From: Nitrospirota bacterium
Lineage (GTDB): Bacteria > Nitrospirota > UBA9217
Direction: 5' to 3'
Length of the DNA stretch: 64,000 nt
NCBI GenBank assembly: GCA_963741205.1
Contig: CAVUHW010000022.1
Coordinates: 64,001 to 128,000, forward strand
Position numbers and translations under genes: made by a program. Numbering within the stretch: position 1 is the stretch's first letter; each line of letters starts with the position of its first letter. Shown here in pieces: positions 1-9,117 of the stretch. The notes below the pieces were generated by a model, which saw only the letters and a list, made by a program, of their open reading frames with translations, was not told the DNA's origin and did not search any database.

Positions 1-151
1 CTGCTGTCAAGTGACGATTTTGTCAAATTGTAAGTTACCCATTTCTTTCGAGTTTGGGGCGCTATCGTTTTGCTTCTTTTGGGACGTCGTTTCTATCGTT
101 GCTTTGCCGCAGAGGGTCCCCGGGGCGCTTAAGCGCTAAAAGGAGGAAGTT

Positions 152-631
152 ATGATTAAGAAAATCTTGGTTTGCACCGCACTTGTCACGATGGCAATGG
201 TCAATCCCGTCAGGGCACAGCAATCTCCACCAACGTCCGAGCAGGCGAAGCGGATCGAAGCGATGGTCAACAAGGCTGCAGCGCTGGTAGAAACTCAGGG
301 AAAGGCGGCCTTCTCTGAGTTTAGAAAGCGCGACAGCGAATGGTGGTTCGGGAACACGTATCTATTCGTCTACGATAAAGACATGAATGTGTTACTCAAC
401 CCCGCTTTCCCGAAGCGGGAGGGAACGAATGTCCATGGCGATAAAGATGCCAACGGCAAGCTGTTTCATGACGAGTTCATGAAAGTAATTCGATCCAAGG
501 AGGCGGGCTGGGTTGATTACATGTTCCCTAAGCCCGGGCAGACGCAACCGTCTCAGAAGTGGAGCTATGTGAAGGCGGTGAGGATAGAGGGAGGCCAGGG
601 GCTGATCGGTGCGGGTTTTTATCCCGAATAA
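152..631 (+). CDS. Secreted stand-alone single Cache-domain protein
   Basis: Signal peptide (..VRA-QQ); sCache_2 motifs YLFVYD, HGDKDANGKLF, GWVDYMFPKPG, KWSYVK; AGGAGG RBS. Confidence 0.8.
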   Translation: MIKKILVCTALVTMAMVNPVRAQQSPPTSEQAKRIEAMVNKAAALVETQGKAAFSEFRKRDSEWWFGNTYLFVYDKDMNVLLNPAFPKREGTNVHGDKDANGKLFHDEFMKVIRSKEAGWVDYMFPKPGQTQPSQKWSYVKAVRIEGGQGLIGAGFYPE

Positions 632-800
632 CACTGGCCGGTCAGTTTCTCGCACCGCGCTTAACCATCTGCCGCGCAGTGCGGAGGTAATAACGCCGGT
701 TCGGACAGGCTTCCCGTCTTCTTCGGGCCGCTAACCAAGGGAGAAAGGTGAGCTTCTGAGCTATACTCTATGCTAACCTCTAACGTGAAAGGAGAGAATA

Positions 801-2858
801 ATGACGGACGGGGAAATCAGTCAATTATCAATCAATACCATTCGCACGCTGTCCATAGATGCGATCCAACAGGCCAATTCCGGACATCCAGGCACCCCTA
901 TGGGGATGGCCCCAGTGGTCTATTGTCTGTGGCAGCACTTTCTGCGTTTTGACCCGGAAGAACCCATCTGGCCCAATCGCGATCGGTTCGTGCTTTCTGC
1001 CGGACATGCATCGATGCTGCTCTATTCGATCCTCCATCTCACCGGGGTGAAAGCCGTGGACCCGGATTACGAGGTGGTCGGCAAACCCTCGGTTTCCCTC
1101 GACGACATTAAGAGCTTCCGCCAGTTCGGAAGCCGCTGCGCCGGTCATCCGGAATATCGCTGGACCTCGGGTGTGGAATGTACGACAGGGCCGTTGGGCC
1201 AGGGCGTTGCCATGAGCGTGGGAATGGCGATCGCATCCAAATGGCTTGCCGCGCGATACAACCGGCCCGGCTTCGACCTGTTCGATTACGATGTCTACGC
1301 CCTGTGCGGCGACGGCTGCATGATGGAAGGCATCTCCAACGAGGCCGCTTCCCTCGCCGGCCACCTTGAGCTCAGCAACCTCTGCTGGATCTACGACAGC
1401 AACCGCATCACCATCGAGGGCCACACAAACATTGCTTTCCGTGACGATATCGCGTCACGGTTCTTGTCTTATGGCTGGAACGTAGAACGCGTGGGCGATG
1501 CCAATGATCTCGATCGGCTGGATCGGGCGTTGAACACTTTCAGGAAGACGACTGACCGACCCACGCTTATCATTGTGGACAGTCACATCGGATACGGCTC
1601 TCCCCATAAGGCGGGTACTTCGGGGGTCCACGGCGAACCGCTCGGTGAAGAAGAGGTGAAGCTGACGAAGCGCAGCTACGGCTGGCCCGAGGATGCACAG
1701 TTCCTCGTGCCCGAGGGCGTGAGGGAACACTTCCAGCAAGGTATCGGCAAGCGGGGCCGCGAACTGCGGACAGCGTGGGAGTCCAAATTAAAAGAATACA
1801 GGCGCCAATTTCCACAGCAGGCAGATGAGATCGAAAAGATGCAGCGCCGGGAGCTGCCTGTTGGCTGGGATAAGGATCTACCCATTTTCCCCCCGGACCC
1901 GAAGGGCATGGGCGGGCGCGAGTCTTCAGGCAAGGTACTGAATGCGGTGGCCAAGAACGTTCCATGGCTCATCGGTGGTTCTGCGGATCTCACACCGTCC
2001 ACCAAGACCGGACTCACCTTCGAGGGCGCGGGCGATTTTCAGGCCCACAGCTACGGAGGACGCAATCTCCATTTCGGTGTTCGTGAGCACGCGATGGCAG
2101 CCATTCTGAACGGCCTGTCAGTCTCAAAGTTGCGGCCCTACGGTTCCGGGTTTCTCATCTTCAGCGACTATGCCCGCTGTTCCATTCGTCTGAGCGCGCT
2201 GATGGAGATCCCGGCGATTCATATCTTCACCCACGATTCCATCGGGGTCGGCGAGGACGGGCCGACGCATCAACCCATCGAGCACCTGATTTCGTTGCGG
2301 GCCATTCCGAACCTCGATGTGATCCGGCCGGCAGACGCGAACGAGGTGGTCGAAGCATGGAAATTCATCATGCAGATGCGCCACCCGGCCGCGCTCATTC
2401 TGTCACGACAGGCCATGCCAACTCTCGATCGAACGAAATACGCCCCTGCCTCTGGTCTGTTCAAGGGCGCCTACATCCTGGCCGACGCTGTGGGCGGCAA
2501 GCCGGACGTGCTGCTCCTGAGCACGGGCAGTGAGGTGTCGCTCTGCCTAGCAGCTTACGAACAGCTCAAGGCCGAGGGTATCCGGACCCGTGTGGTGAGC
2601 ATGCCGTGCTGGGAAATCTTCGAGCGCCAGAGCCAGGAGTACCGCGACAGTGTGCTGCCTCCATCGGTCAAGGCCCGCGTCGCCGTGGAGCAGGCGTCAA
2701 CGTGGGGCTGGGCGCACTATGTCGGGCTGGACGGCGCGATTCTTGGTATGAAGACCTTCGGGGCCTCCGCGCCCTTGAAAGTATTGCAGAAGGAGTTCGG
2801 TTTCACGAAAGAAAGCGTTATTGCGGGAGCGAAACAACAATTGGGAAAGGCCAAATAA
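801..2858 (+). CDS. tkt: Transketolase
   Basis: SGHPG, RDRFVLSAGH, GPLGQG, GDGCMMEG (TPP motif), THDSIGVGEDGPTHQP. Confidence 0.97.
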   Translation: MTDGEISQLSINTIRTLSIDAIQQANSGHPGTPMGMAPVVYCLWQHFLRFDPEEPIWPNRDRFVLSAGHASMLLYSILHLTGVKAVDPDYEVVGKPSVSLDDIKSFRQFGSRCAGHPEYRWTSGVECTTGPLGQGVAMSVGMAIASKWLAARYNRPGFDLFDYDVYALCGDGCMMEGISNEAASLAGHLELSNLCWIYDSNRITIEGHTNIAFRDDIASRFLSYGWNVERVGDANDLDRLDRALNTFRKTTDRPTLIIVDSHIGYGSPHKAGTSGVHGEPLGEEEVKLTKRSYGWPEDAQFLVPEGVREHFQQGIGKRGRELRTAWESKLKEYRRQFPQQADEIEKMQRRELPVGWDKDLPIFPPDPKGMGGRESSGKVLNAVAKNVPWLIGGSADLTPSTKTGLTFEGAGDFQAHSYGGRNLHFGVREHAMAAILNGLSVSKLRPYGSGFLIFSDYARCSIRLSALMEIPAIHIFTHDSIGVGEDGPTHQPIEHLISLRAIPNLDVIRPADANEVVEAWKFIMQMRHPAALILSRQAMPTLDRTKYAPASGLFKGAYILADAVGGKPDVLLLSTGSEVSLCLAAYEQLKAEGIRTRVVSMPCWEIFERQSQEYRDSVLPPSVKARVAVEQASTWGWAHYVGLDGAILGMKTFGASAPLKVLQKEFGFTKESVIAGAKQQLGKAK

Positions 2859-2880
2859 GAAAAAAAGCGAAAGGGCAGAA

Positions 2881-3801
2881 ATGAACAGCGCACTGTTGGC
2901 ACTCGATCCCTCCGCGCGCACCCTGCGGAGCGGCGGTCTGGCTGCGGTGTTTCTGCCGGGACGGGGCATGCTCTGCGCGTTGCTCCAGCATCGCGGAGAG
3001 GAGTTGCTGGGCCGCGTTGAGGAGATAGACTCGTTCGCGAAAAGCGGGCGCACCTGCGGTATCCCGCTGCTGTACCCCTGGGCGAATCGTCTCGACGCAA
3101 TGCGTTACCGGGCGGCAGGAAAAGAGGTGACGCTGGATACGGCAACCTCGATCGGCCACGACGACAAAGGTTTGCCGATGCACGGCATACCCTGGCCGAG
3201 TCTCGCGTGGCAGGTCATGGATGAAGATGACAGTACTCTGCACGCGCGGCTCGATTGGACGAGCGCTGAACGACTCGCCGTCTTTCCGTTTCCTCACCAC
3301 GTTGAAATGAACATCGCGCTGAGCTTTGACACGATGTGCGTTGAAACGACGCTGCTCGCGGATGAGTCGAGCGTTGTGCCGGTGAGTTTCGGTTTTCATC
3401 CCTACCTTCGCATTCCCGGGCGACCGCGTGCCGAGTGGCAGGTCAATTTGCCTGCGATGACGAGGCTGCTGCTCGACGAAAGAAGTATTCCGACCGGGGA
3501 GGAAGCTCCGGTCCCCGCGTTCGACGCGAAACTGGGTGACCGTGCTTTCGACGACGGTTTTGCGCTGCTGAATCCGCATGCGTTCTTCTTCATTTCGGGC
3601 AGTGGACGACGCATCACGGTCGAGTTCGTTGAGGGTTATCCCTACGCCCAGGTGTTCGCGCCGCGCGACAAAGACTATGTCGCCATCGAGCCGATGACGG
3701 CTCCGGCGAATGCGCTGGTCTCGGGGCGCGGACTGCGCCTCGTCGAGCCGGGCGGTCTGTTCCGCGCGACCTTCCGCGTGATGGTTCAAAACGTGCCATG
3801 A
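2881..3801 (+). CDS. Aldose 1-epimerase family protein
   Basis: GIPLLYPWANR, MHG, FGFHPY, FDDGF, AIEPMT motifs; ATG at 2881. Confidence 0.85.
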   Translation: MNSALLALDPSARTLRSGGLAAVFLPGRGMLCALLQHRGEELLGRVEEIDSFAKSGRTCGIPLLYPWANRLDAMRYRAAGKEVTLDTATSIGHDDKGLPMHGIPWPSLAWQVMDEDDSTLHARLDWTSAERLAVFPFPHHVEMNIALSFDTMCVETTLLADESSVVPVSFGFHPYLRIPGRPRAEWQVNLPAMTRLLLDERSIPTGEEAPVPAFDAKLGDRAFDDGFALLNPHAFFFISGSGRRITVEFVEGYPYAQVFAPRDKDYVAIEPMTAPANALVSGRGLRLVEPGGLFRATFRVMVQNVP

Positions 3802-3840
3802 TTTGAAAAATTCATTCTGCCCACGACAGAGGAGACAAGC

Positions 3841-4578
3841 ATGACGAACTTGCACATTTTCCCCGACAATCGGAGTTTTGTCAACGGCTCGGCGGATTTC
3901 ATCGCCGATGTTGCCGCCGGCGCCATCGCCGAGCGCGGTCGATGTACCATCGCGCTATCGGGCGGCGGAACACCGAAACCGATTTATGCGCGACTGGAGA
4001 CGGCGGAGTATCAAGACCGGATCGCGTGGGAGAAAGTGCACATCTTCTTTGGGGACGAACGCTGCGTGCCGCCCGACGATGAGCGCAGCAATTACCGCAT
4101 GGTGCGCGAAGTGTGGTTCGATCACTCACCAATTCCCGCCGAAAACGTTCATCGCATTCGTGGCGAAAACGACCCTGCGATCGAAGCCTTGCGCTATGAA
4201 CAGGACATCACCAGACTATATCGCTCGGCCCGGTTCCCGGCGTTCGATCTCATTTTGTTGGGCATGGGAGACAACGGGCATACGGCGTCACTGTTCCCCG
4301 GGACGGCCGCCTTGCGTGAAACAAAACGCTGGGTGGTGGCGCAATACGTTGAAGTGATGGCCACATGGCGGGTGACGTTCACCGCGCCGCTCATCAACGC
4401 TGCGCGCCACGTGGCGTTTCTGGCGGAAGGCGCCGGAAAAGCGCAGATGCTGTGGAACGTGCTTGAAGGGCCTTATCAACCCGACGTGTGGCCCTCGCAG
4501 TTGATCCAGCCGGCGAGCGGCGAGCTGCACTGGTTGGTGGATGCGGCGGCCGCGGTAAAAGTGAAGGCCGTCGGGTAA
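3841..4578 (+). CDS. pgl: 6-phosphogluconolactonase
   Basis: ALSGGGTP, FFGDERCVP..SNY, LLGMGDNGHTASLFP. Confidence 0.95.
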   Translation: MTNLHIFPDNRSFVNGSADFIADVAAGAIAERGRCTIALSGGGTPKPIYARLETAEYQDRIAWEKVHIFFGDERCVPPDDERSNYRMVREVWFDHSPIPAENVHRIRGENDPAIEALRYEQDITRLYRSARFPAFDLILLGMGDNGHTASLFPGTAALRETKRWVVAQYVEVMATWRVTFTAPLINAARHVAFLAEGAGKAQMLWNVLEGPYQPDVWPSQLIQPASGELHWLVDAAAAVKVKAVG

Positions 4579-4588
4579 AGGGGTCACC

Positions 4589-5308
4589 ATGAAGCAAGCC
4601 TCGACTACTGAATCGGATCAGGAAGCTCAGTTCAAAGAAATGGCTGCGATGCGCGCGGTGCAATTCGTGCGGTCGGGGATGAAGGTAGGACTGGGCACCG
4701 GCAGCACGGCCATTTTTGCCACGCGGCGCATTGCGGAATTGTTGAAAACGGGCGAACTGAGTGACATCGTCGCCTTCGCGACCTCGAAAGCCACGGCAGA
4801 AGAAGCCGTCCGGCTCGGCATCCCCCTGCTGCCCGACGACTTGCCCGAAGATCTTGACGTGACGATCGACGGCGCCGATGAAGTGGACCCGGAAATGAAT
4901 TTGATCAAAGGCGGCGGCGGCGCGCTGCTGCGTGAGAAGATCGTGGCGCAGGTGAGCACACGCGAGATTATCGTGGTGGATGAGACGAAACCGTCGCCGC
5001 GCCTGGGGACCAATTGGCCTGTGCCCGTCGAAGTGGTTCCCTTCGGCTGGCGGGCGCAGGCGCGTTATCTCGAAGTGCTTGGGGCTCAGTATACGATTCG
5101 CAAAAATCCTTGCGGCACCCAGTTTGTCACCGATTCGGGCCACATGATTCTGGATTGTCACTTTGGTCCCATCGCCGACGCGCGTAAGCTGGCAGACGCT
5201 TTAAATTCGCGCGCGGGCATCGTCGAGCATGGCTTGTTCATCGGGATCGCCACCGATTTGATTGTCGCGGGTGCGAGCGGCGTTCAACACCGCACGCGGG
5301 AGGCTTAG
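4589..5308 (+). CDS. rpiA: Ribose-5-phosphate isomerase A
   Basis: GLGTGST, DGADEVD, IKGGGGALLREK, GIVEHGLF. Confidence 0.97.
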   Translation: MKQASTTESDQEAQFKEMAAMRAVQFVRSGMKVGLGTGSTAIFATRRIAELLKTGELSDIVAFATSKATAEEAVRLGIPLLPDDLPEDLDVTIDGADEVDPEMNLIKGGGGALLREKIVAQVSTREIIVVDETKPSPRLGTNWPVPVEVVPFGWRAQARYLEVLGAQYTIRKNPCGTQFVTDSGHMILDCHFGPIADARKLADALNSRAGIVEHGLFIGIATDLIVAGASGVQHRTREA

Positions 5309-5312
5309 GACG

Positions 5313-5495
5313 ATGTCCCTACCCAAAATTGTTCCCTCTATTCTCGCCGACGGTTTTTTGAAACTGCTCGAGCAGGTGCAGGCGGAAGAGTGCGGCGGCG
5401 CGGATCGCTTTCAGGTTGATGTGATGGACGGCGTGTTCGCGCCGAATATCAGTTTCGGGTTTCCCCTCATCGAAGCGATACGCCACGCCACGTAC
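5313..5495 (+). pseudogene. rpe: Ribulose-phosphate 3-epimerase, N-terminal fragment only
   Basis: MSLPKIVPSIL...QVDVMDGVFAPNISFG matches the Rpe N-terminus; similarity stops after ~60 codons. Confidence 0.8.
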
Positions 5496-5710
5496 CGAGG
5501 ACGATCTCGGGATCCGCGGGCTTGAGAAGCAGGGCCTGAAGAAATGGCAAAGGCGCGTCGAGGAGGTCACGGAGCGATTCGTCTCGGCCCTCCTCCTCGA
5601 CGATGCCGTTCTCGGCGGCGGGAACGCCAGGAAGTTGACGAGTCTGCCGTAAGGGATGCCGGAGGGTAGACAACGCCAACGCGTTCCTGGGAGGGTTTAG
5701 GCTCAGATAT
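5490..5710 (+). pseudogene. Polyphosphate glucokinase / ROK-family C-terminal fragment
   Basis: Manual translation EDDLGIRGLEKQGLKKWQRRVEEV..DDAVLGGGNARKL..LP(fs)KGCRRVDNANAFLGGFRL; no N-terminus. Confidence 0.7.
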
Positions 5711-5891
5711 GCCTGTTGGAAGTGGGCGACTAGCTACAATTAGTAATGCACCGCAAACATCAACGCTACATATGGTTCTCTGTTTGCTTCCTGAATTAAA
5801 AAAGAAATTCCAGATGGGTGTCTATGCCCACCTGGAAAAGTGTAATGATTTTAATAGTTCCAAAAATACTCATTCTGAGAACTCGTGTCTA

Positions 5892-5915
5892 CAAAAAGGG
5901 CTGGACGACCAGCCC
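5892..5915 (-). terminator. Intrinsic terminator of the DUF5666 gene
   Basis: GGGCTGG-acga-CCAGCCC hairpin followed by a U-tract on the minus strand. Confidence 0.65.
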
Positions 5916-5948
5916 GTCATGCCGTTTGACTATAGACCTGAACTCCGA

Positions 5949-7076
5949 TTAACCGGCTGCAGTATCACTTGCCGCTTTCTGTTCCGCCTCCCCGGAATGC
6001 GCTTCAGATTCAATTTCAACTTCTGATTTAATCGTCAAAGCGAGGACCGTGCCATCGGCCTGAAGCGTCCCTTCAACCTCAAGCGTTGCGTTCGCGGCCA
6101 CCATGCCGCTCGACGGCGCTGTACCTCCCAGAAATACCGTTGCACTGCTGACTTTTACCGTCACCGTCCCGTTCGGCCCGTTCATCGTGAAGGAACCGTC
6201 CGCAGCGATAGCTCCAACGGCAATGCCCTGGATACTGACGTTATCTTCCACTTCGACACCTTCGCCAACGCCATGGTTGCCCTTATTGCCCTCAATGCGC
6301 GTCGCGGTAAGGGTATTCGTGTTCGCGTCCAGGGTCCCTTTTACTTCAACATCGGCCCCGACAATGAGATCTGCCGTGGTCAGATTGGGCATGCTCGTTG
6401 TTGCGGTCGTTACCACCGCAGTTGTCCCAATAGTGAAGCCGGTCCCTGTCACCGACGCTATTTTGCCGTGAATCTCGGCCTTGCCGCTTGCACCGAAATC
6501 GTCCTTCTGGACTGAAATGCGTGTCGCATGAAAAACGCCTGAGTTATCCATGCGGCCGCTGACCTCAATTTCGGGATGCGTCGTGCCGGTGAGCTTGGTT
6601 TGCAGCCCGGTCAGCGTCATGGGATTCCCTTTGTCTTCAAATGACGTGGTTGCACTCGTGACAACCTCATGTCCCATAATCGTGAGCGTACCAGTGGTGC
6701 CGCTTACGACAACATTTGCCGCGGGTCCCCGAAGTTCCGGCTGGAACTCAATGGACTCGAATTCACCCTTTTTCGTGGTTGCGTCGACAGTTCCTTTGAC
6801 CGTGACGATCATCCCGATCTTGAGGTCAGTTTGCACATGAGCTGTATCGTCGAATTTGAATGTAACGGATGCATCGGGTGCATCAGCTTTTTTCGAAAAT
6901 TCGACACCGTTGACGAATACGCTGCCGAAACCTGTGATGACGCCTGTGGTTACTTGCGTCTTTGCAGCCGTAACGGCCGTGCCGCTGTCGCTGCTTGTAC
7001 CGTGACACCCAATAAAGGGCAGCGTCATGGTCAGCAGTACGGTGAGAAACATGCTTCTTCTGAATTTAGCGTTCAT
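5949..7076 (-). CDS. DUF5666-repeat lipoprotein
   Basis: Lipobox FIGC; GVITGFGSVFVNGVEF; repeated G..VEVxG...ATRI beta modules. Confidence 0.8.
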   Translation of the reverse strand: MNAKFRRSMFLTVLLTMTLPFIGCHGTSSDSGTAVTAAKTQVTTGVITGFGSVFVNGVEFSKKADAPDASVTFKFDDTAHVQTDLKIGMIVTVKGTVDATTKKGEFESIEFQPELRGPAANVVVSGTTGTLTIMGHEVVTSATTSFEDKGNPMTLTGLQTKLTGTTHPEIEVSGRMDNSGVFHATRISVQKDDFGASGKAEIHGKIASVTGTGFTIGTTAVVTTATTSMPNLTTADLIVGADVEVKGTLDANTNTLTATRIEGNKGNHGVGEGVEVEDNVSIQGIAVGAIAADGSFTMNGPNGTVTVKVSSATVFLGGTAPSSGMVAANATLEVEGTLQADGTVLALTIKSEVEIESEAHSGEAEQKAASDTAAG

Positions 7077-7112
7077 GATTGATTCCTCCTGTTTTTCTAT
7101 TTTAATTAAACA

Positions 7113-7141
7113 TTAGACGAACCACCGGTTAAAAGGTTACA
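7113..7141 (-). promoter_or_regulatory. ECF sigma-type promoter
   Basis: Minus strand TGTAAC-N16-CGTCTA, ~35 nt upstream of the DUF5666 start. Confidence 0.55.
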
Positions 7142-7453
7142 GCGAAAAATGTTTCAGGAATACTTCCTGAAAGTCACACTTGCCCATATCGACCCAGCAT
7201 GCATGTTTTTTGCTTTATTATGTTGAAGTTGTTGAAGTTGCTATCCTTGGCAACACGCGTAAGGTTGCAAACCGTATTCTTCAGCACTTCGCGTAAAATA
7301 ACCCATCGACATAACCTCATCAACATCGTTGACAACTAAGAGCCTCAGGCATATATTCGAGCATAAGTTAGTGAGTGCTTTGGTAATATTTGAATCCCTT
7401 AAAGTACTTATTCAGGAATGTTGAGCACGGGGTCTGCTCAATACATGGTAGAT

Positions 7454-7469
7454 GGGCATAGTTATTGCT
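7454..7469 (+). promoter_or_regulatory. Sigma-54 -24/-12 promoter
   Basis: GGGCATAGTTATTGCT: GG-N10-GC with GGCAY and TTGCW elements. Confidence 0.55.
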
Positions 7470-7698
7470 AGACTGGTAAACACCGAAAAAGAACTATCGA
7501 ACACTGCAGGTTCCAGGAGGACCGCTCAGAAGGCGGAGACGTTGAGGAATATAAGATCTAAACTCGTTAGCTGCAAGACCTGACCATCAAGCAAATATAA
7601 ACAGTATAGATCTGACCCTCAGGTCTTTAAGGTAAGAGGGGCCGATACTTCCGCGTCTCTGTGCCTCGGCGGTGAATAACTATTATGTGGGGGCTATT

Positions 7699-9070
7699 AT
7701 GAAAAACCAAAAACCAGTTTCACGGCTCCAACAAATGCTGGCTGAAATGTTCGGCTTCGGTCCGGCTGTATCGCTCAGCGTTCTTGCTTTTTTCAGCCTG
7801 ATCATACTCTTTGCCGTCTTCTGGTTCTTCCATTCGGCCCCGCCGAAGACGATTATCATCACCAGCGGCGACGACGGGACGCGCTTCCGGAGAACCGCCG
7901 AGAAATACGCGAAGATCCTGGAGCGGAGCGGGGTGACGCTGAAGATTCTGAAGTCCGAAGGGTCGCTGGAGAACCTCAAACGGCTGGAAGATCCGGCCTT
8001 CCAGGTCGATGTCGGTTTTGTGCAAGACGGCGTGGCCAAGGGACAGAAGACCGATACCCTGGTATCCCTGGGCAGCGTGTTCTATGAACCGCTCTTTATA
8101 TTCTACCGCGACGGGAAGCAGCTCGATGTGCTCTCGCAGTTAAGCGGGAAGCGGTTGGCCATCGGTGAGGACGGCACGGGCACCCAGGTGCTGGCCCTGG
8201 ATCTTCTGGAACGGAACAGCATCAAGCCCGGCGGCTCGACGCAGCTCCTCAAACTGGACGATGACGCGTCAGCAGCCGCATTGCTTGCGGGCAAGATCGA
8301 CGCAGCATTCATGATGAGCGATTCGGCATCGTCAAGTCTCGTGCATGACCTGCTGAGAAAACCGGGGATCAGGCTTTTTGATTTTTCGCAAGCCGACGCG
8401 TACACCCGGCGCATCAGTTATCTGAACAAGACCGTGCTGCCCAAGGGGAGCATCGACTTCGGAAAGAGGATTCCCGACCAGGATGTCAACCTGATCAGCC
8501 CGACCGTCGAGCTGATCGCCCGGGCCGATCTTAATCCCGCGCTCTCCGATCTGCTGCTGGAAGCGGCAACAGAAGTGCACTCGCGCGCAGGGCTGACCAA
8601 CAAACGCGGCGAATTCCCCTCACCGCGCGAGAATGAATACCGCATCAGCCCCGATGCCGTCCGCTACTACAAATCCGGCAAAAGCTTTCTCTACCGTTAC
8701 ATGCCGTTCCAGCTCGCGAGCCTGCTGAATCGCGTGGTCGTCGTTATTCGTGCCGATGCTTCTGATCCTGATACCGAGCGTGCGCAGCATCCCGAAGATC
8801 TACCGCTGGCAGATGCGACTGCGCATCATCCGCTGGTATCGGGCGCTGATGGTCCTGGAAAAAAGCATGGCCGCCGGGCCGATCCAGGCGGACCAGGGGG
8901 AGGAAATAGAACGACAGCTCGAACATATCGAACGCGCCGTCAATAAGATGAAGGTCCCGGCATCGTTCGCGGATCAGTTTTACGGACTGCGCGTCAATAT
9001 CGATTTTGTCCGCGCGAAGCTTACCCAGGTCTCTCCAGGGCGCGCAAGGAGCCTGACGGAAAGTTGGTAA
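7699..9070 (+). CDS. TAXI-family TRAP solute-binding protein with membrane anchors (frameshift ~8750)
   Basis: SEGSLENL, VGFVQDG, YEPLFIFYR, LAIGEDGTGT; C-terminus continues in ORF 8750..9070. Confidence 0.8.
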
Positions 9071-9117
9071 AGTGGCGAGCAATTAAGAATCACAAAGGGT
9101 GACAACACCGCTGCGCA

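Noticed and set aside
632-760. Possible integron attC site after the Cache gene (GCTTAAC)
   Set aside because: No matching GTTRRRY with a complementary stem, and no integrase.
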